Below, in pieces: positions 27,727-35,059 of a stretch of 53,069 nucleotides of DNA (positions within the stretch are counted from its first letter, which is position 1; each line of letters starts with the position of its first letter). This DNA comes from a virus (taxonomy: Duplodnaviria > Caudoviricetes): positions 1 to 53,069 of IMG/VR virus record IMGVR_UViG_3300024051_000004. One strand, written 5' to 3'. The notes beneath the pieces were generated by a model. The model had not been told where the DNA came from. It searched no databases and worked only from the letters and a program-made list of their open reading frames with translations. The position numbers were made by a program, and so were the translations under genes.

Positions 27727-28106
27727 CAGAACGTCGCCTCCGGGGTCGTCGTGGTGGTGGTCTTGCGGGTCTGCCGTTCGACGTCCGCGAGGGCGACGAT
27801 GTACACGATGTTCCGGTCGACGTGCGCCGCCCACGCCTGGTAGTCGCGGTCGATGACCGCGGCGACAGCCTTCACGGTCGCCGCGTGCCGGGTCGTGATC
27901 TGCGGGATCTGCAGTTTGCGGGCTGCGGTCGTGATCGCCGCGGCCGCGGTGTCCGCACCGGCGGCGGCGGTCGTCAGGGCGGTGGCGGCGCGGCCCCCGG
28001 TCCAGAACTCGAGCCGGGACGGGCCGTCGTCGGTGAGGGAGTCACGCAGTGCGAAGATCAGGTCGATCGTCGCCCGGTCGTACTCCTCGGTGGTGGGTGT
28101 GGTCAC
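27726..28106 (-). CDS. cas11: Type IV-B small subunit (Cas11-like)
   Basis: 126 aa all-helical protein between csf1 and csf2, overlapping both. Confidence 0.65.
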   Translation of the reverse strand: MTTPTTEEYDRATIDLIFALRDSLTDDGPSRLEFWTGGRAATALTTAAAGADTAAAAITTAARKLQIPQITTRHAATVKAVAAVIDRDYQAWAAHVDRNIVYIVALADVERQTRKTTTTTTPEATF

Positions 28107-28837
28107 TGCAGGTGTCCCTTCGTGATGGTCCACAGCGCGAGGCTGAGGAGCGGGGATCCGAGCCACGCGGTGAGCTCGGCGTTGTGCGTCGACCACTGGT
28201 GCAGGTCGTCGCGGGTCTTCAGGTAGCGGGGGGTGCCGTGCATGACGTCGTCGGCGGGGATGCCGAGGCGTCGCAGGGCGGTCGCGTGGGTGTGGACGTG
28301 CGCCCATTCGTCGGGGGTGGCGGTGACGGTGGTGGTCTCCATGCGGACTACCCACCGGCCGGGTCCGTCGTTGAGGTGCCCGTACGGCAGGACATGCTTC
28401 TGCCCGGACGTTGCGATGGTCACGGTCCACGGCCCGTCGGGTGGGGTGGTGAGGGTGTGCGCGACGAGCGTGCCGGTGTCGTCGCCGCGGGCGCCGAGGT
28501 ACAGGCCGGGCCGGTCCTGCAGGAACGCCTTGGGGTTCGACGCGGGTACCGACCGGTCGGGGGTTGCGACGATCGACCACATGCGCAGGGTCGCGGGGGG
28601 CTTCCCAGAGCAGCACCACAGGCATGCGGGGCACACCCGGTCGGACGACGGGTCACGGAACAGGGACCGGTCGGTGAAGTTCGCGCCCAACGCCCTGTTG
28701 ACGTCTGCGGTGCGGGGGACGGTGCGGGTGCAGATCGCACACACCCCGGCATAGTCCTTGACGAGTGCGGCGATGGTGGGGATCGGATCGGGTTCCCCGG
28801 CGAGATGCCACACGGTCACGGTGGGGGCGGTGCTCAT
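28103..28837 (-). CDS. csf1: Type IV large subunit (Csf1/Cas8-like)
   Basis: CAIC...NFTD...VCPAC Zn finger, PP..PW, SGQKHVLP. Confidence 0.8.
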   Translation of the reverse strand: MSTAPTVTVWHLAGEPDPIPTIAALVKDYAGVCAICTRTVPRTADVNRALGANFTDRSLFRDPSSDRVCPACLWCCSGKPPATLRMWSIVATPDRSVPASNPKAFLQDRPGLYLGARGDDTGTLVAHTLTTPPDGPWTVTIATSGQKHVLPYGHLNDGPGRWVVRMETTTVTATPDEWAHVHTHATALRRLGIPADDVMHGTPRYLKTRDDLHQWSTHNAELTAWLGSPLLSLALWTITKGHLQ

Positions 28838-29415
28838 GATGCGGCCCCGACGAGGAGGAGGCCGGCCCCGTACGCCTTCGCTGGGCCGACGCCGTCGCGG
28901 ATGAGACGTTCGAGGGTGTCGGGGTTGGTGACGGTGCCGGTGGCGTAGAACGCGCTGAGCCGGTGGGTGACGGTGGCTTCGTGTCGTGCACCGGTGCGGG
29001 TGCCGAGGGGTTGCACGGCGACGTCGTGGAGGGTGACGGCCCCGTCGAGCTTGCGTCGCAACCAGTCGGCGTGCTGGTCGATCGGCAGGGGGATGCGTCG
29101 ACCACGGACCCCGCGGGGGGTGGGGGTGAGGGTGACGGGGTTGCCGATGAGGGAAATGCGTACGGGGGTCCCGGACGCCCATCGGGGGCGGGCGGGACCG
29201 GAGTGGGATTCGACGACTCCGCCGATCGCAGCCGCCCGGATGGGTGCCCCGGCTTGCACGATGACGATGTCTCGGGTGGGGTTCGCCCACAGGACCCGGC
29301 CGGGGTTGTCGACGTCGAGCGCGTGCAGGATCGTGCGGTGCAGGGTTTGCGTGTCGCGGGGTGCGCTGTGGTGCGCGAACCGTAGTTCGGTCAGGTGCAG
29401 GGTGGGTTGGGTCAT
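28834..29415 (-). CDS. cas6e: Cas6e (Cse3/CasE-like) crRNA-processing RAMP
   Basis: LHRTI, RVLW, VIVQ, L.GNPV, RRIPL, WL.RK, G-rich loop GVGPAKAYGAGLL. Confidence 0.85.
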   Translation of the reverse strand: MTQPTLHLTELRFAHHSAPRDTQTLHRTILHALDVDNPGRVLWANPTRDIVIVQAGAPIRAAAIGGVVESHSGPARPRWASGTPVRISLIGNPVTLTPTPRGVRGRRIPLPIDQHADWLRRKLDGAVTLHDVAVQPLGTRTGARHEATVTHRLSAFYATGTVTNPDTLERLIRDGVGPAKAYGAGLLLVGAAS

Positions 29416-29741
29416 GCGTCGCCTCGCAGTGGGGTGAACGTGTACCGGAACGCGGTGATGTCGTCACGCCACCCGCAGTGTTCGCATTCCGTCCCGATGT
29501 TCGGGTCGTCGAACGACCGGTCGACCCGGTACCCGTCGCATGCGGTGAACCGGTCGGTGCTGCCGCAGCGGGGGCAGGTGGCGGCGACCCACCATGCGGC
29601 GGGCCCGGTGTCGGGGTGTCCGAGGTATGTGCGCCCGCCGTCGGTGAACTCGTCGATGCCGTGGCCTTCGTCTTCGCAGGGCAGGGCGGGGGTGAAGTCG
29701 AGGTCGGTGAGGACGTCCGGCAGGGTGATCGGGGCGGTCAC
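29412..29741 (-). CDS. Zn-finger hypothetical protein coupled to cas6e
   Basis: CPRC and CEHC motifs; ATGA overlap with cas6e. Confidence 0.6.
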   Translation of the reverse strand: MTAPITLPDVLTDLDFTPALPCEDEGHGIDEFTDGGRTYLGHPDTGPAAWWVAATCPRCGSTDRFTACDGYRVDRSFDDPNIGTECEHCGWRDDITAFRYTFTPLRGDA

Positions 29742-29938
29742 TGTCCACGCACCTCCGTCGTCGTGGTCGTCGTGGTGGTGATCGGGTCGGAGCCGTCTCC
29801 GGCGAAGCCCCACCCGAGGGCCGTGGTGGGGGACCGGTGCCCGTAGTGCTGGTTCCGCCACGCCCGCAGGACTCTGGTCGCGGTGGCGTCGTCCGTGATG
29901 ACGAGCGTCGCCCCGCACGGGCAGGTTTCGCGGATCAC
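29738..29938 (-). CDS. Small hypothetical (CPCG...W...H)
   Basis: GTGA overlaps on both sides. Confidence 0.5.
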   Translation of the reverse strand: MIRETCPCGATLVITDDATATRVLRAWRNQHYGHRSPTTALGWGFAGDGSDPITTTTTTTTEVRGQ

Positions 29939-30060
29939 TGCTCGTCCTCCGTCCATTCGATGTTGACCCGGTCGGTCCAGGTCATGGTGTTGTGCTCGAG
30001 GCGGGCGAGGAGCAGGGCCCGCTGGTCGCCGGTCGGGTCGTTGACGGGGCGGGTGCTCAC
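29935..30060 (-). CDS. Small hypothetical
   Basis: 41 aa, coupled overlaps. Confidence 0.45.
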   Translation of the reverse strand: MSTRPVNDPTGDQRALLLARLEHNTMTWTDRVNIEWTEDEQ

Positions 30061-30197
30061 GGGATTCCCCGGCGGGCGGGGGTGACGTCGATGGCCTCGT
30101 GTGCACCGTCGGGGCCGATCCCGACGGGCACACCGGTGCCGTTGTCGACGATGAAGTCGATGTCCCCGGGGATGAGCCACACGCGTGTGACGGCCAT
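30057..30197 (-). CDS. Small hypothetical
   Basis: 46 aa, coupled overlaps. Confidence 0.45.
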   Translation of the reverse strand: MAVTRVWLIPGDIDFIVDNGTGVPVGIGPDGAHEAIDVTPARRGIP

Positions 30198-30409
30198 CAG
30201 AACGCCCGGGTCTTCCGGTTCCCCGCAAGGTCGATGATGTCGTTGCGGCCCTGCATGTCGTTCACGGCCTTGCACCGGTCGCACCGCCACCAGGTGCACT
30301 GGCCGGTGGCGCAGTGCGGGCGGGGGTGTGCGGGTCGGGGTGTGTTGCAGTTCGAGCAGAGCTTCCCGGCGCGCGGGTCGGCGGGCTTCTGCTGGGGTTC
30401 ACGGGTCAC
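30197..30409 (-). CDS. Small Zn-finger protein
   Basis: GGAGGTG RBS; CSNC, C..C, CDRC. Confidence 0.55.
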   Translation of the reverse strand: MTREPQQKPADPRAGKLCSNCNTPRPAHPRPHCATGQCTWWRCDRCKAVNDMQGRNDIIDLAGNRKTRAF

Positions 30410-30517
30410 GGGTCCGGCACCTCCATGCGGGCCCGGCATACGCGAACCCGTGACCCACGTCATATGTCGTCCCGTGTCTGGCATGCCAAGAGACACGCCG
30501 GGCACAGCCATGCCCGG

Positions 30518-31168
30518 TCACTGTGTGGCGAGGGCCCGCACTTCCCTCGGTACGACGTCCGCGACGGCCGCATCCCACGCGTCCTGCAGCACGGCATCGT
30601 CGAACCCGGCGGTGATGAGCGCCCGGTACAGGCCGTCCAACACGCGCCGGATCAGTTCGATCACAATGTTCCCCTGTGATTCCGCGAGACGCACCTTGCG
30701 TTCTTCCACCCCAGCACGCAACGCCGCCGCGGACACTTTCACCAGGTGGTCACGTTCCCTGGCGTACAACTCGTACCACACTGATGGCGCGGACCCATCC
30801 GTGGTTTCCACGCCGGCACCAGCCCTGTCGACTTTCTTCGTGGCACCCCACACAAGGGACTCAGGTTCCAGCTCCTGCACTTTCCCCCGCAACCACGCCA
30901 CATGCCCGGCAGTCCACTGCACTTCCTGCAACAGGGCATCCGTCGGGGAAACATCTACAGGCAAACCAAGGACACGAACCGCCTCAGCAGCCTTCACCTC
31001 CACCGCACGCCGTTCCTGCGCGGCCTTCACCTGCGGTGCCCGACCACCATGCGCCGTACACACCTGACCCGGCTTGCACGGCTTCCGGCACGGCTGCCCC
31101 TTCCGCTCCCCAGACGAAATGTGTCCCGTGCAACCCGGGTGCTCCTGCCCGCACTTCCCGCACGTCAC
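30518..31168 (-). CDS. Terminase small subunit-like protein (CxxHGG family)
   Basis: GQPCRK...VCTAHGGRAPQVKAA...PTDALL.EVQWTAGHVAWL...LY..ERDHL..AGVEER.VRLAE, like proteins found before terL in actinobacterial prophages. Confidence 0.6.
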   Translation of the reverse strand: MTCGKCGQEHPGCTGHISSGERKGQPCRKPCKPGQVCTAHGGRAPQVKAAQERRAVEVKAAEAVRVLGLPVDVSPTDALLQEVQWTAGHVAWLRGKVQELEPESLVWGATKKVDRAGAGVETTDGSAPSVWYELYARERDHLVKVSAAALRAGVEERKVRLAESQGNIVIELIRRVLDGLYRALITAGFDDAVLQDAWDAAVADVVPREVRALATQ

Positions 31169-31223
31169 CGGGCACCCCCGTTCGATGGGTCGTGCGACAC
31201 GGGCGCATTCGATGGGTCGCTCA

Positions 31224-31481
31224 TCACGCCTCCTTCCACTCGGTGACCTGGCGGGAGACGACGACGCCGTCCCGCGTGTGCATGTTGGCGGCGAACCATC
31301 GCGCGGACCCCTCACCCGCGTTCGGCTCGATCACGGTCGTCCACGGCCAGCGGACGCCCCACTCGGTCGTCGTCTCGTCCGTGCATGCACCGCGCAGGGC
31401 ACCGTCTGCGGTGCGGCGCTCCGGGCATGCGAGGCCGGGGCCGTCCTCGGTGCCGTGGTTGTGCACGACCTCGCCGCTCAC
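31224..31481 (-). CDS. Hypothetical protein
   Basis: GTGA-coupled; EWGVRW...VVSRQVTEW. Confidence 0.5.
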   Translation of the reverse strand: MSGEVVHNHGTEDGPGLACPERRTADGALRGACTDETTTEWGVRWPWTTVIEPNAGEGSARWFAANMHTRDGVVVSRQVTEWKEA

Positions 31482-31873
31482 GGCAGCACCACATCGCGCA
31501 CGTCGGTGATGTCCTCGGCGCTGTGCCAGCGGCGGTAGTCGACCTCGCACACCGTGAGGTAGGGCATGCCGCGCCCACGCACCGCCATGATCACCACCTG
31601 ATCCGGCACGCCGCGCACCGTCGCCCGGAAGCGCGTACCCGGCTCGGTCGGGACGGCTGTCGGAGCAGGCTTGTGCGCGCGGACGCGGATCAGGTCCGCC
31701 CGGACCGCGCCAGCCGCGTAGGCAATCGCATACTCGTCGACGCACAGCGCGTCCCGCTCCTGCACCACCTCGCGCCAGCCCTTGACCGGCAGCCACTCCA
31801 TGTCCGGGCTCACCCGGATGTCGATCTTCACCAGGTCGCCGGGCTGGATCTTGCTCAGGTCGATGTCGGTCAT
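31478..31873 (-). CDS. Hypothetical protein
   Basis: GGAGG RBS; IDLSKIQPGDLV, VPTEPG. Confidence 0.6.
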   Translation of the reverse strand: MTDIDLSKIQPGDLVKIDIRVSPDMEWLPVKGWREVVQERDALCVDEYAIAYAAGAVRADLIRVRAHKPAPTAVPTEPGTRFRATVRGVPDQVVIMAVRGRGMPYLTVCEVDYRRWHSAEDITDVRDVVLP

Positions 31874-31893
31874 CGTTCCTCCATTCGGTTCGG

Positions 31894-33219
31894 TCAACGG
31901 TCATGCCATGACGGTTCACGGTCCTGCACCGGAACAGGCGCAGGACGCCACTGGCGGGGCGTCATCTCTGAGAACGCACCACCACGAGTGAGTTCCACCA
32001 CCCCGCACTGTCCCTGCCGGTTCTTCGCTACGAGCATGTCCAACGCTGTCTCGTCGTCGTCATGCTCGTGCAACAGCAACACAACGTCACTGTCCTGTTC
32101 CACAGCTCCCGACTCGCGAAGGTCAGCCATTGATGGTCGCTTGTCCTGCCGCTGCTCGGGTCCACGGTTCAACTGTGACAACGCAATCACCGGGACCTGC
32201 AATTCCTTCGCGAGGAGCTTCAGCCCGCGTGAAAACTCCCCAACGACCTCTGCACGATTCCGCTTTTCCATGCCACGCGGGGCTGTCATCAACTGCAAAT
32301 AGTCGACGACGATGCCAGCCAACGGGCGCCGGTGCGCGACCGTCCGCGCGAACGCCCGGATCCCTGCCGGGGTCAACGACGACCGGTCGTCGATCGCGAT
32401 CGGCAACGATGCGAGCTCGGCCCGGTGTCGGGCGATCCGCGCCCAGTCCTCGTCGGTCAGGTCGTGTGCGTCGATCCGGTTCCCGGGAACCCGGGCGAGG
32501 TGCGCGAGGATCCGCTGCTCGACCTCGACCCGCGGCATCTCCAACGATGCGATCACCACAGCCCCGTGCTGTGCCAGGTGCACCGCGGCCTGCACCCCGA
32601 CGATCGACTTCCCGACCGCAGGTCGTGCCCCCACCACGTACAGGGCGCCGGGACGCCACACCCGGATCAGTCGGTTCAGGTCCGGCCACGGTGTCGGGTA
32701 CCCGGTCGGTTCCGTCTCGAGCGCTTCGAGGGTCGTGTCGATCGTGTCCCCGATGAACCCTGTCGACACGGCTGCGGTGCCGGTTGCGACCGCATCGACC
32801 TCCGCCCGGCACGTCTCGACGAGTGCTGTCACGTCCCCCTCGCCGGCTTGTGCGAGTTGGGTGATGCGGGTCCCGGCGGCGGCGAGACGCCGCAGCACGG
32901 CCTGTTCGTGCACGATTCGTGCGTAGAACTGGGCGTTGGTGGTGGTGACGACACCGTTGATGAGCTGGTGCAGGTACGGCAGCCCGCCGATGGTTGCGAG
33001 TTCCCCGGTGCGGGTCAGGTGGTTCCCGACGGTGATCGCGTCGACGGCGTCCCCGGTGCGGTGCAGCTGCAGGATCGCCGCCCAGATGATCGTGTGCTTC
33101 GGTGCGTACAGGTCGTCGGGGGTGATGACGTCTGCGACGTCGTCGATGCCGGTGGGGCGCAGGAGGCACGCACCGAGCATCTGCGTCTCGGCTTCCCGGT
33201 GGTCGATGATCGCGTTCAC
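31894..33219 (-). CDS. dnaB: Replicative DNA helicase
   Basis: GARPAVGKS, SLEM, VVDYLQLM, LSQLNR, DLRESGAVEQDSD, AKNRQG. Confidence 0.95.
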   Translation of the reverse strand: MNAIIDHREAETQMLGACLLRPTGIDDVADVITPDDLYAPKHTIIWAAILQLHRTGDAVDAITVGNHLTRTGELATIGGLPYLHQLINGVVTTTNAQFYARIVHEQAVLRRLAAAGTRITQLAQAGEGDVTALVETCRAEVDAVATGTAAVSTGFIGDTIDTTLEALETEPTGYPTPWPDLNRLIRVWRPGALYVVGARPAVGKSIVGVQAAVHLAQHGAVVIASLEMPRVEVEQRILAHLARVPGNRIDAHDLTDEDWARIARHRAELASLPIAIDDRSSLTPAGIRAFARTVAHRRPLAGIVVDYLQLMTAPRGMEKRNRAEVVGEFSRGLKLLAKELQVPVIALSQLNRGPEQRQDKRPSMADLRESGAVEQDSDVVLLLHEHDDDETALDMLVAKNRQGQCGVVELTRGGAFSEMTPRQWRPAPVPVQDREPSWHDR

Positions 33220-34037
33220 TGGCCGTCACCACCGCCACGGCGGGGTGCGTACCGGTCCCACGGTGACGTGGTCGGTGCGGTGGCGGGCGCCCCGGTGCGG
33301 GGGTCCGTGCGGGGCGGCAACGGTTCGTCGTCCCACCGGCCTGCGTTCAACCATGTGGCGGGGTGCGGGATGAACTCCTTGGCGGGCAGGTTCGGGTCTG
33401 CGGCGAACCGGTGGGCGCCTGCCGTGATCGTGTCGTGCCCGACCCTGCGGGCCGCCTTGTCGAACGCACGCCGGGCGGCGTCCTTCCCGACCTTCCGCGG
33501 GTACGCCGACCAGAACGTGTCGAACGCACCCGTGGGCACACGGACCGTCGCCGGCGCAGCCGGTGACGAAGAGTCTTTCTCCTCTGTTCCTCTGTTCCCC
33601 TGTTCCCCTGTTCCATGCCGGAGGGTTCCGGGAGGGTTCCGGGAGGGTTCCGGGAGTGGCGCGCCGATGATGGAGTCCCGAAAGTTCATTGTGCCGTCTG
33701 GCCTGGGGAAACGTCCGCGGGTCGGCTTCTCGATGCGTTGGATCGACTCCCAGAACGCGATGTACAGGAGTCGGTTCCCGTCGGCCTCGTATCGCCACAG
33801 GAGACCAGCGTCGGAGAGCGCGTTGAGGGCTTCCGCAACCTTCCGGAGGGTTCCGGGAGGGTTCCGGGAAAGGTCCCGGGGGAACACGTCTGCGACGATG
33901 AGCGGCAGGTCGTCCTTCCCGACCCCGTTGTCGTCGACGAACGACTCGAGGCCCTTCAGGACGAGCCGCGCGTCCCAGTCGACGGACGCGACACGGGCGG
34001 ACCGCCAGAACTCTGGCTTGGTGCTGCGGATGCGCAT
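33216..34037 (-). CDS. Phage replication initiator
   Basis: MRIRSTKPEFW...DDNG N-terminus; FDTFWSAYPRKVGK...HPATWLNAGRWDDE C-terminus; coupled to dnaB. Confidence 0.85.
   Translation of the reverse strand: MRIRSTKPEFWRSARVASVDWDARLVLKGLESFVDDNGVGKDDLPLIVADVFPRDLSRNPPGTLRKVAEALNALSDAGLLWRYEADGNRLLYIAFWESIQRIEKPTRGRFPRPDGTMNFRDSIIGAPLPEPSRNPPGTLRHGTGEQGNRGTEEKDSSSPAAPATVRVPTGAFDTFWSAYPRKVGKDAARRAFDKAARRVGHDTITAGAHRFAADPNLPAKEFIPHPATWLNAGRWDDEPLPPRTDPRTGAPATAPTTSPWDRYAPRRGGGDGQ
33584..33866. repeat. Iteron-like repeats inside initiator gene (putative origin)
   Basis: GGAGGGTTCCG x3 at 33620-33652 and x2 at 33845-33866; CTGTTCC x4 with 8-nt period at 33584-33614. Confidence 0.7.
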
Positions 34038-34327
34038 CAGGATCGCCCACCGGCCCGATCGTGCAGGTCGAGGCATGCGGTGAGCTCGTCGATGACCTGG
34101 CGTGCGTTGCGGGCGGCCTGGTCGGCGGCGTGCAGGGCTGTCTCGATGCGGACCCGCCCAACCGTGTCGGACCGGTACAGGGGGGTGGCGAGCGACCCGA
34201 GCGCCGTCAGGGTTGCCGCGCATGCGTTGCGTGCCGCCGCCCAGTGGGTCTGGAACTCACGGTTCGCGACGTCGAACGGGACGACGACGGGTGTCGGGGG
34301 TGGGTCGGGGACGACATGCAGGGTCAT
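34037..34327 (-). CDS. Hypothetical protein
   Basis: Coupled overlaps with neighbours. Confidence 0.5.
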   Translation of the reverse strand: MTLHVVPDPPPTPVVVPFDVANREFQTHWAAARNACAATLTALGSLATPLYRSDTVGRVRIETALHAADQAARNARQVIDELTACLDLHDRAGGRS

Positions 34328-34539
34328 GGGCGGGCCTCCCATTCGATTCCGTGGGGGTCGAGGTACAGCACCGCTGCGGCTTCCACGTCGGTCATGGGGA
34401 CGTGCCTCAGGTCGATGACGAGCTTGCGGGTGATCGGTTGCGTCTCGTACGACAGGGGCACGCCGAGGTGGGTGCAGATCGCGGCGGCGAGGGTGCGGGG
34501 TGCGGGGAGGGTGTATCGGGGCAGGGTCAGGGTGGTCAT
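34324..34539 (-). CDS. Hypothetical protein
   Basis: ATGA overlaps. Confidence 0.55.
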   Translation of the reverse strand: MTTLTLPRYTLPAPRTLAAAICTHLGVPLSYETQPITRKLVIDLRHVPMTDVEAAAVLYLDPHGIEWEARP

Positions 34540-34925
34540 GCTGCATCCCTCCGCAGTCGTTCGCGGCGTGCGGTGACGGTGGCGCGGTTCGCTTCCCGGC
34601 AGGGTTCACAGGTGGGTTCTCCACGTCGCAGGTGGGCCCGGTATCCGCGGGTCGTGCCGCACTCGGGTGGCCCCGGGTTGGGCCGCCGGGCAGGCTTCGG
34701 TGCGCGGGGCTGCATGCTGCGGCGTTCGTGCTCGGTGAGACCGCCACGGACACCGCCGGCACCGGTGCGCAGCGCATCCTCGAGGCACTGTGCGGTGACG
34801 GGGCAGCGGGCGCACACCTTGCGTGCCGCCGCGGGGGAGGACCCCTTGCCCTGCGGGAAGAAGATCTCCGGGTCGGTCTGTGCGCACAGGGCGGACAGCC
34901 ACCACGGGTCGGGGCGGCTGGTCAT
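34536..34925 (-). CDS. whiB: WhiB family Fe-S transcription factor with extra C-terminal Cys/His domain
   Basis: ALCAQTDPEIFFP...ARKVCARCPVTAQCL...GVRGGLTEHER. Confidence 0.9.
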   Translation of the reverse strand: MTSRPDPWWLSALCAQTDPEIFFPQGKGSSPAAARKVCARCPVTAQCLEDALRTGAGGVRGGLTEHERRSMQPRAPKPARRPNPGPPECGTTRGYRAHLRRGEPTCEPCREANRATVTARRERLRRDAA

Positions 34926-35056
34926 GCTGGGACCGGTTCGGCGGGTGCGGGCGCCGGGGACGGTTCGTGCACGGGCACGGTCGTCGGCATCGGCTCGAAC
35001 TCGCGGGTCTCGGTCTCGGTGCCGATGTCACCGGCGGTCGGGGTGAACACGTTCAT
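34922..35056 (-). CDS. 44-aa acidic/Pro-rich peptide
   Basis: CAGGAGG RBS; MNVFTPTAGDIGTETETREFEPMP...; ATGA overlap with whiB. Confidence 0.55.
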   Translation of the reverse strand: MNVFTPTAGDIGTETETREFEPMPTTVPVHEPSPAPAPAEPVPA

Positions 35057-35059
35057 GGG

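Noticed and set aside
30160-30179. GTCCCCGGGGATGAGCC resembling the end of a type I-E repeat
   Set aside because: Single copy, no loop between stem halves, inside a coupled small ORF and opposite to operon transcription
31181-31219. 12-bp direct repeat as a mini-CRISPR
   Set aside because: Repeat (12 nt) and spacer (15 nt) are too short and there is no hairpin
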